DNA of 63,973 nt, filler included, from Anaerolineae bacterium (GTDB taxonomy: Bacteria; Chloroflexota; Anaerolineae; Epilineales; Epilineaceae), in assembly GCA_029262755.1 (NCBI GenBank). It is 8 parts of 8 records of this genome, joined end to end, with 100 filler letters (N's around TTAATTAATTAA, not from the genome) between each part and the next. Parts side by side here need not be neighbours in the genome. Positions count along the whole stretch, not along the records: positions 18,310 to 22,917 come from JAJCYU010000374.1; positions 23,018 to 43,429 come from JAJCYU010000375.1; 6 more parts are not named here. One strand, 5' to 3'. The first letter of the stretch is position 1; every line of letters begins with the position of its first letter. The position numbers and the translations under genes were made by a program. The notes below the pieces were generated by a model. The model was given only the letters and a program-made list of their open reading frames with translations. It did no database searches and was not told the origin of the DNA. Below are positions 19,469 through 30,384 of the stretch, piece after piece.

Positions 19469-19705
19469 ATGACCATGAAGGCACGCATCATCTCCAACCC
19501 GGACATCCTCATAGGCAAACCGGTTGTAGAAGGCACGCGAATCAGTGTCGAGCTCATCCCAGACAAGTTCGCCGCGGGCGAGAGCATCGAGCAGCTTCTC
19601 GAGGCTCACTCCCGATTGACGCCGGAAGCCGTTCGAGCCGCTCTCGCATACGCGGCCGAATCGCTCCGTGCGGGATTGCCTCCGGTCATAGAAGGGCCGT
19701 CCTAG
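19469..19705 (+). CDS. DUF433 family protein (VapB45-like antitoxin)
   Basis: AAGGAGG SD; IISNPDILIGKPVVEGTRISV...GESIEQLLE...LTPEAVRAALAYA. Confidence 0.88.
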   Translation: MTMKARIISNPDILIGKPVVEGTRISVELIPDKFAAGESIEQLLEAHSRLTPEAVRAALAYAAESLRAGLPPVIEGPS

Positions 19706-19801
19706 CTCCACTCGGCGCCGTCCCGGACCGAAGCCGTCGGACAGCAGTGCGATCTCCCGTGCTACGCTTGCCGCGCGCCGGCACCCGAGGTTTGGTACGC
19801 C

Positions 19802-22800
19802 ATGACCGTGGATCCAACGGCATTCGTCTCCGCATCGCGAACCGCTTACACGACCAAGACCGAGCACGGCTCCGTGCACGCCGCCGTGCTCGCCGGCCTC
19901 TGCGTCGCGTTCCTCGCGACCGCGGCCGGCGCGACCGCGGGAGCGCGCCGATCGAACGTTCTCGCTGCGCTGCCCGCGGATAGCACAACAACAACTACAA
20001 CTTCCACCACCTCCACCACGACCACCACCGCTGCTTCGCTCGAGGTCGTCGGGCAGGTCGGCGGGACCTCGTGGGCCGTCGCGACCAGCGGGACGCGGGT
20101 CTTCGCGGGCATCGGGCCGCGGCTCGTAGTGCTCGACGCGACGGATCCGGCCGCGCTTGAGGTCCTCGAGCAATCGGAGATCCTGGCCGACATGCCCGTT
20201 GCCATCGTCGTGCGCGACGAGCGGGCCTATGTGGCGGCGGGCGGAATGCTCTACGTGCTCGATGTGCCGGAACGGCGGCGTGTGCGCGTCCTGGGTGCCG
20301 TTGCGGTCGGGACCACGACCGGGCTCGCGCTGCACGGCGACTACGCGTACCTCACGGGCGGGCAGAGGCTGAACGTCGTCGATGTTTCCGATCCGGAGGA
20401 TCCCTGGCGCGCAGAGACGATGCTCGTCGGCGGGAAGCTGAACGGCATCGCGGTCGACGGCGACCACGCGTACGTAGCGGCAGGCTCGGCCGGCATGCGC
20501 GTGTTCGACGTGGCGGACGTCGGCGCCGTGCGCGAGGTGGTCGTCTTCGATACGCCCGCCGATGCGCGCGTGGTGGCGGCGCAGGACGGCTTCGCGTACA
20601 TCGCCGATGGCGACGTGATCAACGGCCCGGACGCAAGCCTGGCGATTCTCGACATCGAGCAGCCCGACGCGCCGCGTGAGGTGGCGCGCGTGGAGCTGAT
20701 CGACGATCCCGAGGGCGTGTTTGTCGATGCCGGACGCGTGTATATCGCCGGCGGGACCGCCGGTCTCGTCGCGATCGACGCGACCGACCCTGCCCGGCCG
20801 CGCCCGATGGAGCGAGCCTTGACGCCCGGGCTCCCGCGCGGTGTGGCGATCGCGAACGGCCACGCCTTCGTCGCCGACGACCTGGACGGGCTGCACGTGT
20901 TCGCGCTCTCCGACGGTGCGCCGCCGCGGCTGCTGCCCGCGCGGCCGATGACGCGCAAGGTCAATGGCGTGCATGTGGCAGAAGGGAGGGCCTTCGTCGC
21001 GGAAGGCGCCCGCTTCGGTGGTGGGATACGCATGTTCGATCTCTCCGACCCGGCCCTACCCGTCGAAACCGCCCACGTGGACACCACGCGCGACCCGACG
21101 GGCGTGCTCGCCACCATCGATCAGGTCGTGGTGCGCGGCGATCTCGTGTTTGCCACCGGCTACGGACGGGACGGACTGCACGTGCTTCAGATCGTCGATG
21201 AGACGGACCTCGAACCGGTGGGCTTCGCGGCGATCGACCTCGCGCGCGGCGTCGCGGTGGACGGCTCTTTCGCGTACGTGCCGCACCAGAACGGCTTCAC
21301 GGTGCTCGACGTCTCCCGGCCCGCGCGCCCGCTGCCGATTGCGACGATCGAGCTCCAGAACGCGTATGCAGTCGCCATCGAGGACGGCGTGGCCTACGTG
21401 ACGGAATACGGACGCTCGGTGAAGATGATCGACATATCCGATCCCGCCGCGCCGGTCCCGATCGGGCAGATCGATTTCCCCACCCGGGACCTCGATGTCG
21501 TCGGTAGCACAGCATTCTTGGTGACGATTGGCTGGCTCGGCGTCTTCGATGTTTCGGATCCCACCGCGCCCGTGGAGCTGGGCATGTGGGAGCTGCCGAG
21601 CAGCTCGCCCACGAGCATCACTATCGTCGATAACCTGGCGTATATCGGCCTCGGTCAGGGCGGTGTCGGGGTCTTTGACGTATCGGATCCGAAGGCGGTC
21701 GTGAGGCTTGCGACCCTTGACGCCTTCGAGTTCTGTCTCGACCTGAGCGTCGACGGCGACCACATCTACGTCGCAGGCGGCCGCCACGGCCTTGGCGTGC
21801 TTGCCCTGCGCGGCGGCCCTGGCTCGGAGCCAAGCCCGTCGCCCGGCGTGCCGCCAACGATAACGCCGGGTGGCCCCGCCGTCCCGACCGCGACCTCGAC
21901 CGCGACGTCGACACCGGCCGGACCGCCGCCCACCGCGACACCCACGCGCGATCCCGCCTTGCGCTATCAAGCCCATCTGCCGATCGCGGCCGCGGATGCG
22001 CCCATCTCCGGCAAGCGCGCGCCCGCCGCGCTCGAGGGCCGATGGAACTACTTCGTGGACCGGAACATCATCAACGATATCGCCCACGATGCCGCGCGCG
22101 GACAGATGATGGCCGCCACGACGGCCGGCGCGGTGCTGTGGGATGTCGATGGGGAAGAGGTCGCAGGCGAGGGCGATAACGGCTCCGCGACGGGCACGCG
22201 CTATCGCGTCTTCACCACCGTGAATGGACTGGCGCACGACTACGTCTACGCCGCGGCCGTCGACGCGAACGGCCGGCGCTGGTTCGGGACGCACGCCGGC
22301 CTCAGCCGGCTGGACGATGACGATGGTTTCACGTCCTTTCACATGGCGGACGGTCTGCCGGGCGAGGTCGTCCGCGACGTGCTCGTGGCCGCCGACGGCG
22401 CGCGTTGGTACGCCACGAGCGGCGGCGTAGCGCGGCAGACCGGCGCCGACGCGTGGACGGTGCCGACCGTGGTGAACGTGCCCCCCGCCGTAGCGATCGC
22501 GGAAGATCCGTGCACCGGCGCGCTGTGGTTCGCCCATGGCGACGACGGGGTCGGCCTCAGCCGACGCGACCCCGACGGCGGTGTGACGCGGGTCGGCCTC
22601 GCGGACGGCCTGCCGCTGCCGATCGTCACAAACCTCCTGGTGGACGGCAGCGGCACGCTGTGGCTGACTGCCGTGCGTCGCCAGGCCAGCGACTCCGGTC
22701 ACGTCATCGACGGCGCGGTCTTCAGCCGCACGGCAGACGGTGCGTGGCGGCGGCATGCGGCACGCGACGGCCTGCTCGCCGCCTCGCCCGCAGGCATCCC

Positions 22801-22917
22801 GCTCGAGGCATCCGTCCTGGCCAGCCTCGACGGCCAGGCGCTCGACCCCGCGCGGCCACTGAGCGCCGCGCTCGCCTGGCTCGGCCAAGCTTGCGCGGAC
22901 GATGCGAGCGTGGACGC
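19802..22917 (+). CDS. Large secreted LVIVD-repeat protein with Pro/Thr linker and a regulator-type beta-propeller, 3' truncated
   Basis: Signal peptide; many 'YAYV..G..GL.V.DVSDP..P' repeats; PTATPT linker; 'NGLAHDYV...RWFGT..GL' propeller repeats. Confidence 0.88.
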
Positions 22918-23017
22918 NNNNNNNNNNNNNNNNNNNNNNNNNNNNNNNNNNNNNNNNNNNNTTAATTAATTAANNNNNNNNNNNNNNNNNNNNNNNNNNN
23001 NNNNNNNNNNNNNNNNN

Positions 23018-23358
23018 ATCAATACGTCGGCATCGACGGCGGCGCGTGGATCCCTGTGCTCACGGGGCGCGCCACGATGCCGCCACCGCAGATCTACGCG
23101 CTGGCGGATCTGCCGTACATCCGGTCCTCCAACGACGGGGCGGAGGCGATCCGGACCCATGCGGCACGGCCGGCGTCCCTGGCCGATGCGCTGCAGGCGC
23201 GCGAGATCGGCTACGTGTACATCGGGGCCCGCGGCGGCGTCCTGCGACCGGACCTGCTGCTGGAGAGCCGGAGCTTCGAGCTGCTGCACGAAGGCAGGGG
23301 CGAGACGCTGGGCACCTGGTTGTTCGCAGTGCGACAGGCGATGGAGACCGAGCCATGA
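23018..23358 (+). CDS. C-terminal fragment of a probable membrane glycosyltransferase-like (DUF6541-like) protein, 5' truncated
   Basis: QYVGIDGGAWIPVLTGRATMPPP...IGYVYIGARGG; its stop overlaps the next ATG (ATGA). Confidence 0.5.
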
Positions 23359-26300
23359 TCCCCGATCCCCGCCCAACACAGCGGAGCCATCCACCGCGCC
23401 AAGCCCGGATCGCGCTGTCCCTCGCTCTACTCTTGCTCGCCTTCGCCATCGGCGCCCCGCACCTCGCGAACGCATGGGGCGATTGGCGCTGTGTCTTCGG
23501 CTGGCCCTGCAACCCGCACCTGTACGCCGTGGAAGCGCTCTCGGCTGAGGTCGGGTGGGCGGGCGGCGAGAACGGGATGATCCTGCACCGCGATGCGAGG
23601 CGGCGCTGGCGCAACGACCGCGCCCCAATCGGGACCATTCACGCTCTCCACCTGGTGTCGCCGGACGAAGCTTGGGCCGCGGGATCCGGGGATCGACTCG
23701 CGCACCGCCGCTATGGGAGCTGGATCACGGTGCGGTTCGAGGATCCAGCGTTCACGGGCTGGAACGTCGAAGACATGGCCTTGGATCGAAGCGGCAAGCG
23801 CGGATGGGCCGTCGGCTGCGCGCATCCATGGCGGACAGACACGCGCTACCCGCGCTCGGCCACGGGTCCGTGCGCGGGTAGGGCCTTGCAGCTATCCGAG
23901 GACGGAACCTGGCGGCCGGTACCCCTGCAGGAGGCGGCGATCTTGCACGGTCTGGCGCTCACCGACGACGGGGGCCAGGATGGTTGGGCGGTCGGCCAGG
24001 CCGGCTGGCTGTGGCGCCTCGAGCACGGTGCATGGCGCGCCAACGCGCAGGTCGGCGTGCACACGTGGCGGGATGTGGACTTCATGGGATCGCAGGCGGG
24101 TTGGGCGGTAGGAGATCAGGGGGCGCTCATGCGCTTTGCGCAGGGACGCTGGCACGTGCGTCCAAGCCCGACGTCCGCCGCCCTGTACGGCGTTGCGCTC
24201 GTCGACGAGGCCGAAGCCTGGGCGGTCGGCGACGGAGGCACGATCCTGCGCTTGCGCCAGGACGCGTGGGTCGAGGTCGACAGCCCCACCACCGCGAACC
24301 TGAGGGCCGTGCGCATGATCGGACCCACGGAGGGATGGGCGGTGGGCGAAGATTCCACGGTGCTGCACTTCGCGGACGGGCAATGGCGGATCGACGAGCA
24401 CGAGAGCGGTCGCCGATTGTCCGCGCCCCCGCCGCCGCCGACCCACCTCACGCTCTTGGACGTGGCGCTCGACGACCAGCGCCGGCCATGGGCAGTCGGC
24501 GCGAGCGGCGCGACCCTGAGCTTCGATGGCTCAGATTGGAATGTCGAAGTCCCGGCGGACGGTGGCGGCCTTGCCTTGACCGGCGTCGTCGTGCTGAGTG
24601 AGACCTCCGCGTGGGCGGTTGGCCGACGTGGGACGATCCGCCACTTCGACGGTCGAAGCTGGCAATCGGTTGCCACGGAGGACGGCAGCAACCCGGATCT
24701 GAACGCCATAGCCATGCTCGACGAGGACAGGGGCTGGGCGGTGGGCGGGGACGGGGCCATGCTGCGCTTCGAAGACGCGATCTGGTGGCGCGTCCCGCAG
24801 ATTGTTGGAGCATCCCTCGAAGGCCTTTCCCTCTCCTCAACCGAAACCGGTTGGGCGGTCGGCGAAGGGGGCGCGATTCTGCGGCTCGGGGGCGGTCGTT
24901 GGCGGAACTTCCCGAGCCCCACCGGTGCGGACCTGCGCGGCGTGACCACGGTCTCAGAGAACCTGGCGTGGGCCGTGGGCAAGCGGGGCACGATCCTGCG
25001 CTTCGACGGCCGGAGCTGGCAGGTGGAGCCGACCGACGGCGGACACGACCTGAGCGCGGTCGCCGCGCACGATGCGCGGCGGGCATGGGCTGTCGGCTCC
25101 ACGGGTACCATCCTTCGCTACGACGGCATGCGCTGGGTACCCCACCTCGGTCCGGCCGCACACGGTCTCAATGCCATCGTGCTCGACGAGGAGGGCGGTT
25201 GGGCCGCTGGTGATTTTGGAACGCTGCTTCGCCTGAACGAGCCTGTCGCGACCCACACGCTGGACTTGCCGGGGCGCCGCGACGCCGTGAGCACCGACCT
25301 CGTGATCCAGAACGCCGGTGTCTCGAGCACGACGCTCAGCGCCAGGCTCGTGAGCCCCGACCCACGCGCGCCCTACGAGATCGGCTACCCCGAGATCGCA
25401 CCCGGCGGCAGCCGGACCTTCTGGCTGCCCACGATCTACGAGCTCGGCGTCGGCCCCATCGCCGCCCGCCTCACCGGCGGCGCCCCGATCGGCGGCGTGT
25501 CGGGCAGCTATAGCGCGGAGGGCAAGGCGACCTCCGTCGGGCCTTTGCTCGGTGCCGAGGAGCTCGTCGTCCCGCTGGCCGTGCGCGCCTACAACGGCCA
25601 GGATACGACGGTGCAGGTGCAGAACCTCGACCCTTCCGTACCCGTGAGCGTGACGTTGCGCCTTCAGGCCAGCGGAAATGATGGCCACGCCCTGCAGCAC
25701 AACTACACGATCGCCGCGGGGCGCGCGATCCGCATCGACCTCGGCGCGGACCCGGAATTCGAATCGTTGCCGGCGAACACGCCGGTTGGTTTCCTGGGTT
25801 CGATCCATTTGCGAGCCGCGCAAGGCGGCCGCATCGCGGCCCACGCGGAGACCGACGTTCGCAATAGCCGGTTGGCCCGCTACGCCTACGAGGCCTTGCC
25901 GCCGTCGAGCGCGGGAACATCGCTCCTGGCCCCGCTCTTCCGCAGCCGCTTCCACGGCGACACGGGCATCTCCGTGGCCAACCCCAACGATGCCCCGGTC
26001 GCGGTGACGCTCACCTACCGGGGCACGGTGCACCCGGACAACGCCTGCGCCGGTTTCGTGCGCCGCCACGGGCCCGTGCTCATCCCTGCCCGCTCCAGCG
26101 CCGTGTTCTACCAGGGTGCGGGCGCCGCGAACGTGCCGCTGACCGGCGACCACGGCCTGCCCGCCGGCTGCTTCGGCGCGGCGACGATTCGTTCCGAGGG
26201 CGGCCCCGTGATGGCCATCGTCAACGACGCCGGCCTGGACGCCCGCGGCGTGCCACGCACGGCGGCCGCCTATGTCGCGATGCGCCCCGAGGACGGCGCA

Positions 26301-26651
26301 ATGCGGCTCTCGCTGCCGCGCCTGCGCAACCGCCAGCTGAAGGTCGCATACAGCACGGGCGTGCAGCTGATGAACGGGGGCGACGCGACCGCGACGGCCA
26401 CGGTGGAGCTCTTCGATCCACGCGGCACTCGACAGTCCGGCTGCGGCGAGGCCTGCCGCTTTGTGATCCCACCCGGCGGCACGCACAACCTCACGCTCGG
26501 CTTCGGGGGGTTGGGCGATCCCTTCCGCGGCGGCCATGGCGGCGCGATCGTGCACAGCGACGAGCCGCTGATCGGAATCGTCAACGACTTCGCGATCGAT
26601 GGAGCCATGGACACGGCGACGTACAACGCGATCGGGGTGGATCAACCGTGA
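23355..26651 (+). CDS. Secreted protein with WAVG-repeat (YCF48/BNR-like) beta-propellers and four C-terminal Ig-like modules
   Basis: Signal peptide; more than 12 'WAVG.xG.IL.F(D)G..W' repeats; C-terminal modules starting IQNAG, VQNLD, VANPN and LMNGG. Confidence 0.85.
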   Translation: MIPDPRPTQRSHPPRQARIALSLALLLLAFAIGAPHLANAWGDWRCVFGWPCNPHLYAVEALSAEVGWAGGENGMILHRDARRRWRNDRAPIGTIHALHLVSPDEAWAAGSGDRLAHRRYGSWITVRFEDPAFTGWNVEDMALDRSGKRGWAVGCAHPWRTDTRYPRSATGPCAGRALQLSEDGTWRPVPLQEAAILHGLALTDDGGQDGWAVGQAGWLWRLEHGAWRANAQVGVHTWRDVDFMGSQAGWAVGDQGALMRFAQGRWHVRPSPTSAALYGVALVDEAEAWAVGDGGTILRLRQDAWVEVDSPTTANLRAVRMIGPTEGWAVGEDSTVLHFADGQWRIDEHESGRRLSAPPPPPTHLTLLDVALDDQRRPWAVGASGATLSFDGSDWNVEVPADGGGLALTGVVVLSETSAWAVGRRGTIRHFDGRSWQSVATEDGSNPDLNAIAMLDEDRGWAVGGDGAMLRFEDAIWWRVPQIVGASLEGLSLSSTETGWAVGEGGAILRLGGGRWRNFPSPTGADLRGVTTVSENLAWAVGKRGTILRFDGRSWQVEPTDGGHDLSAVAAHDARRAWAVGSTGTILRYDGMRWVPHLGPAAHGLNAIVLDEEGGWAAGDFGTLLRLNEPVATHTLDLPGRRDAVSTDLVIQNAGVSSTTLSARLVSPDPRAPYEIGYPEIAPGGSRTFWLPTIYELGVGPIAARLTGGAPIGGVSGSYSAEGKATSVGPLLGAEELVVPLAVRAYNGQDTTVQVQNLDPSVPVSVTLRLQASGNDGHALQHNYTIAAGRAIRIDLGADPEFESLPANTPVGFLGSIHLRAAQGGRIAAHAETDVRNSRLARYAYEALPPSSAGTSLLAPLFRSRFHGDTGISVANPNDAPVAVTLTYRGTVHPDNACAGFVRRHGPVLIPARSSAVFYQGAGAANVPLTGDHGLPAGCFGAATIRSEGGPVMAIVNDAGLDARGVPRTAAAYVAMRPEDGAMRLSLPRLRNRQLKVAYSTGVQLMNGGDATATATVELFDPRGTRQSGCGEACRFVIPPGGTHNLTLGFGGLGDPFRGGHGGAIVHSDEPLIGIVNDFAIDGAMDTATYNAIGVDQP

Positions 26652-26748
26652 CGGGTGACGGGTCTCCGTCCTCCGAGTCATTCACACGCCCGCTCGATCC
26701 TTCGTGTTCGTGGCGTGTCCGTCGCGTTGGCGTGGGTGTCTGCACACC

Positions 26749-29700
26749 CTAGTCGCAGGGAATGATCTCCGCGATCGCACCGTAAACGCGGGCCAGATCG
26801 GCGGCCTCGGGCGCGGCGAAGTAGTGGCCGGGCGTGCTCGCCATCAGGCGTAGCAGCAGCGAGTCGACGTTCGGGCCAAGGCCGATCGTGAACAACAGCG
26901 CGCCGTCGCGCTTGGCGCGTTCCGCGGCGACGAGGGCGCGTGCCACCGTCGAGCTGGTCGGGCGTCCGTCCGTGGCCAGGACAATGACCGGACGGCCGTT
27001 CGGCCGGTGGTTTACGCCGTCGAGCACGACGCGCGCGAGATCGAGGCCGGCGTCGATGTTGGTGCCTGGCGTAATCTCGATCGCATCGATCGCGCTGTTC
27101 AGGGCGCCGGCGTCTGCGGTCAACCACTGACGGACGGCCGCTCGCTCGCTGAAGGACACGACGGCCGCCTGGTCGCTTGGGAAGTTCAAGGACGCCACGA
27201 AGGTGCGTGCGGCGAACTTCGCCGCATCGATCTTCAGCGGGCCGCCTTCCGATGTGGCCGCCAGCATGCTCGCGGAGCTATCGATCACGAGCACGATGTC
27301 GTTGGGCCGCGGCGACGGCTTGCAGCGGGTCAGCGACAAGTACGGCAGGAAGGCGAATTGCACCGGCGGCGTGGCCGATGGAATGGGCGTCGCCGAGGGC
27401 ACGGGCGTCTGCGTCGGCGTCGATGTGGTGGTCGGCGTCGATGTGCTCGTGGCGGTCGGCGTCGTGCTCGAGGTCGGCGTGGGCGTCGGGGTCAGCGTGC
27501 CGGCCGGCGTCGGCGTGATCGTCGGCGTCGGGGCGATGACCTCGACCTCTGGCACCGGGAAGCCGGTGCTGCCGTCGCGGCCGAGGCCGTTGCGGTAGTC
27601 GGCGCGCGCGTCGGCGTTGGTCGCGTAGCGACCCGGCGCATTGGGCCGGGCGCGGAAGGACAGGCGCGTCCCGGGCGTGTCCACGCGGTCGAGGTTCCAG
27701 GTCAGGCTGCGTGTGTCGGGATCCCAGGTGGGCTCGAAGGGGCGGCCGAAACCCGGCACGTAGTCGACCTCGGGCGGCAGCACGTCGACGACCGTCACGG
27801 ATTCGAAGAGCGGCGCCGCACCGATGCGGCCGGCGATCTGAGCGAAGACCTCGCCCAGCTTGTCCTCGGTCGGGCTGAAGTAGTAGTGGGTGGCGCTGGT
27901 GGCGATCTCCTTGAGGACGACCTCGTCCGCGTCGCCGCCCAGCCCGATCGTGAACACCGTGATGCCGCTGCGCCGCACTTCGGCGATGACCCCGGCCAGC
28001 TGGCTGATGGGGTTGATGCCCGAGGTATGCCGCCCGTCGCTCATGAGCACGATGACCGGCTCCGCGGCGCGCGCGGGCGCATCGAGCAACGTGCGGCGCG
28101 CTTGGTCCAGCCCGGCCACGATGTTCGTACCGCCGTTGGCCACGATGCCGCCCACGGCCTGGATCGCGTCGGCACGGTCGCTGGTCAGCTCTTGCTCGCG
28201 CACGGCGTCGCGGGCGAAACTCACGATGCCCAAGCGCGATCCGGTGGCGGAGCCGAGCGCGAACGTCACGCCCGCGTCCTTGGCCGCGATCATCTTGGAA
28301 CCGGCCATCGAGCCGGAGTTGTCGATGGCCAGCACGATGTCCGCCGGCGGCGGCGCAACCGGGCAACTACCCTCGAGCACGAGCTGGATCTCGATCTCCT
28401 CACCCAGGATGATCTCGCTCGGCACGGCCGCCTTCGACGCGATCAGCGCGCAGCCGTCGTCGGAGAGCAGGGGCAACGGGTCGTCCGGCCCGAGCGGGTC
28501 GTACACGCGCACGACGTCGCCGCGATCGGCCACGTACAGCCGGCCGTCGACGTCCAGCTCGATATCGGACAGCGCATCGTCCGCGGAGCCGACCGGGAAG
28601 GCGCCGCGCAGCTCGCCTTCGGGCGACCACACGAGCACCCAGCCGGAGAGCGTGAGCACGAAGGCCGAGCCGTCGGGGCCGGCCGCGACGCGCCGGGCGC
28701 CCGATGCAACCGGGATCGTGCGCTGCACGACGCCGTCGCGTCCCCAGACCTCGAGCTCGGAGTCTTGTCGATCGATCAAAAAGACGTGCTCCGCCGACAA
28801 CGCCAGGTCGAAGACGCCGTTGAAGCTTCCATCGGCCTTGGCCACGCGGAAGCCACCGGTTGTAGACAACTGCCGATCGGCCATCGCCACGGTCTGGTCG
28901 ACGATATCGAGAATCGCGAGATCGCCCTCGTGCGCCGAGATCGCCGTGATCCAACCGTCCGGACGATCGGGGTCGCGCGTGCGCACGAAGTCGCCCCGGT
29001 CGAGGCGGCGTACGCGGCCCGTATCCCACAGCACGTAGCGGTCATCGCCATCGGCCGCGACGTCGAGCGGTGGTACGCGTTCCTCAGCCGGTAGCGAAAC
29101 TGAAGGCCGCACCGACGGACCGATTGCCGGAACGTCGAGCAGCATCACGTCGTGGGTCGGCGAGCCCGCGCGGGACCACACCTGTACGCGCGCGGCCGCG
29201 TCGGCCAAGACGATGTCATCGCCGACGCCGATGCGGCGCGGCTGGAACAACGAGCCCCAGGTGAGCAGCCTCTGATTGGCCAACAGACCGAGGTCGTCGA
29301 TGCGGATCAGGCCCTCCGGCGCAACGGTCGCCCAGAGGCCGCTCGTGCCGGCCGGCGCCATGTCGCTCACGTCGTCGAATTCCAGACGGCCGAGCGTGCG
29401 GTTGCCGTTGTCGCCGAAGATCAGTCCTTCCGCAGGTCCACCGATCAGGTAGTACGAGACGAGCGGGTTGCCGCCAGGCATCTCGAGGCCCGTACGCATC
29501 CCCGGTTGCCGGAACTTGGGATCGGCACCCGTGGAGCCTTCCGTGATCTCCATCAGCCCATTGCGCGGATCGGCGATGTCGAAGCGCGCGACCGGCGGGG
29601 TGATGTTGGGCGCATCGCCCTTGTAGATCAGGCCCTCGGGCTCTTCGACGCGTGTCGAGATATTGATGCGGGTCGAAGGCACACCCTCCGCGCTGAAGAC

Positions 29701-30249
29701 GCGCACATCGCGATCCGTCTTGGACACGACGTACACCCTGTCACGCACGACCTGAATGCCCTGCGGGGCCGGCACGGCCCACGATGCACCGGCCGTCCCG
29801 TCCGGCGCGACCACGATCACCCGCTGGTTGCCCGTGTCGCTCACCACCAAGTGGCCGTTGGAGAGCACGGCGACGTCGCGCGGCGACGAGAACATGCCCG
29901 GCCCTTCCTCGGGCCCGCCGATCGTGTGCGAGAACGTGCCGTCCGGCAGGTACACGCGAACCACGCCCGCCGTGATGTCGGTGACGAAGCCGCTACCGTC
30001 GAGCGCGGTGCCCACGCCGCCGGAAACGTGACCGGCCGGCCACGTGAGGGCGCGGTGAATCGGATAGGGCTGCGGTTCGAAGGTCTCGCTCAGGCGATAG
30101 CCGATACGAGATGCCTGCGCCTGCACGGAGCTCAGCGCAGAGGCCTGGCCACTCGCCAACACGACACCGATCGCCACGACAGCCCCGGCAAGAAAGCGCG
30201 GGACAAGGCGGGTACCGTGCAGCGGTTTCTGGAATTCGGGGGGGAGCAT
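26749..30249 (-). CDS. Secreted NHL-like beta-propeller protein with two vWA domains
   Basis: Signal peptide; FSSPRDVAV...SDTGNQRV; MIDAS motifs DNSGSM and DSSASM; SDG/TDG; FTIGLG; Pro/Thr linker. Confidence 0.9.
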   Translation of the reverse strand: MLPPEFQKPLHGTRLVPRFLAGAVVAIGVVLASGQASALSSVQAQASRIGYRLSETFEPQPYPIHRALTWPAGHVSGGVGTALDGSGFVTDITAGVVRVYLPDGTFSHTIGGPEEGPGMFSSPRDVAVLSNGHLVVSDTGNQRVIVVAPDGTAGASWAVPAPQGIQVVRDRVYVVSKTDRDVRVFSAEGVPSTRINISTRVEEPEGLIYKGDAPNITPPVARFDIADPRNGLMEITEGSTGADPKFRQPGMRTGLEMPGGNPLVSYYLIGGPAEGLIFGDNGNRTLGRLEFDDVSDMAPAGTSGLWATVAPEGLIRIDDLGLLANQRLLTWGSLFQPRRIGVGDDIVLADAAARVQVWSRAGSPTHDVMLLDVPAIGPSVRPSVSLPAEERVPPLDVAADGDDRYVLWDTGRVRRLDRGDFVRTRDPDRPDGWITAISAHEGDLAILDIVDQTVAMADRQLSTTGGFRVAKADGSFNGVFDLALSAEHVFLIDRQDSELEVWGRDGVVQRTIPVASGARRVAAGPDGSAFVLTLSGWVLVWSPEGELRGAFPVGSADDALSDIELDVDGRLYVADRGDVVRVYDPLGPDDPLPLLSDDGCALIASKAAVPSEIILGEEIEIQLVLEGSCPVAPPPADIVLAIDNSGSMAGSKMIAAKDAGVTFALGSATGSRLGIVSFARDAVREQELTSDRADAIQAVGGIVANGGTNIVAGLDQARRTLLDAPARAAEPVIVLMSDGRHTSGINPISQLAGVIAEVRRSGITVFTIGLGGDADEVVLKEIATSATHYYFSPTEDKLGEVFAQIAGRIGAAPLFESVTVVDVLPPEVDYVPGFGRPFEPTWDPDTRSLTWNLDRVDTPGTRLSFRARPNAPGRYATNADARADYRNGLGRDGSTGFPVPEVEVIAPTPTITPTPAGTLTPTPTPTSSTTPTATSTSTPTTTSTPTQTPVPSATPIPSATPPVQFAFLPYLSLTRCKPSPRPNDIVLVIDSSASMLAATSEGGPLKIDAAKFAARTFVASLNFPSDQAAVVSFSERAAVRQWLTADAGALNSAIDAIEITPGTNIDAGLDLARVVLDGVNHRPNGRPVIVLATDGRPTSSTVARALVAAERAKRDGALLFTIGLGPNVDSLLLRLMASTPGHYFAAPEAADLARVYGAIAEIIPCD

Positions 30250-30384
30250 GGGGGGCTCTCTACCAAGTGGGGGGATGAAGGGGGACAAAGGTGCGGACGT
30301 TGCGAAGCGCGGGCGCGTTACGTGCAGTTGGCGCACGGGGACCAACACCGCCGGGCCGAAAGGATCACCGACCAATCGGGTGCA

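Noticed and set aside
23355..25240. Photosystem II assembly factor Ycf48
   Set aside because: Only generic WAVG propeller repeats in a multidomain secreted protein, with no photosynthesis genes present
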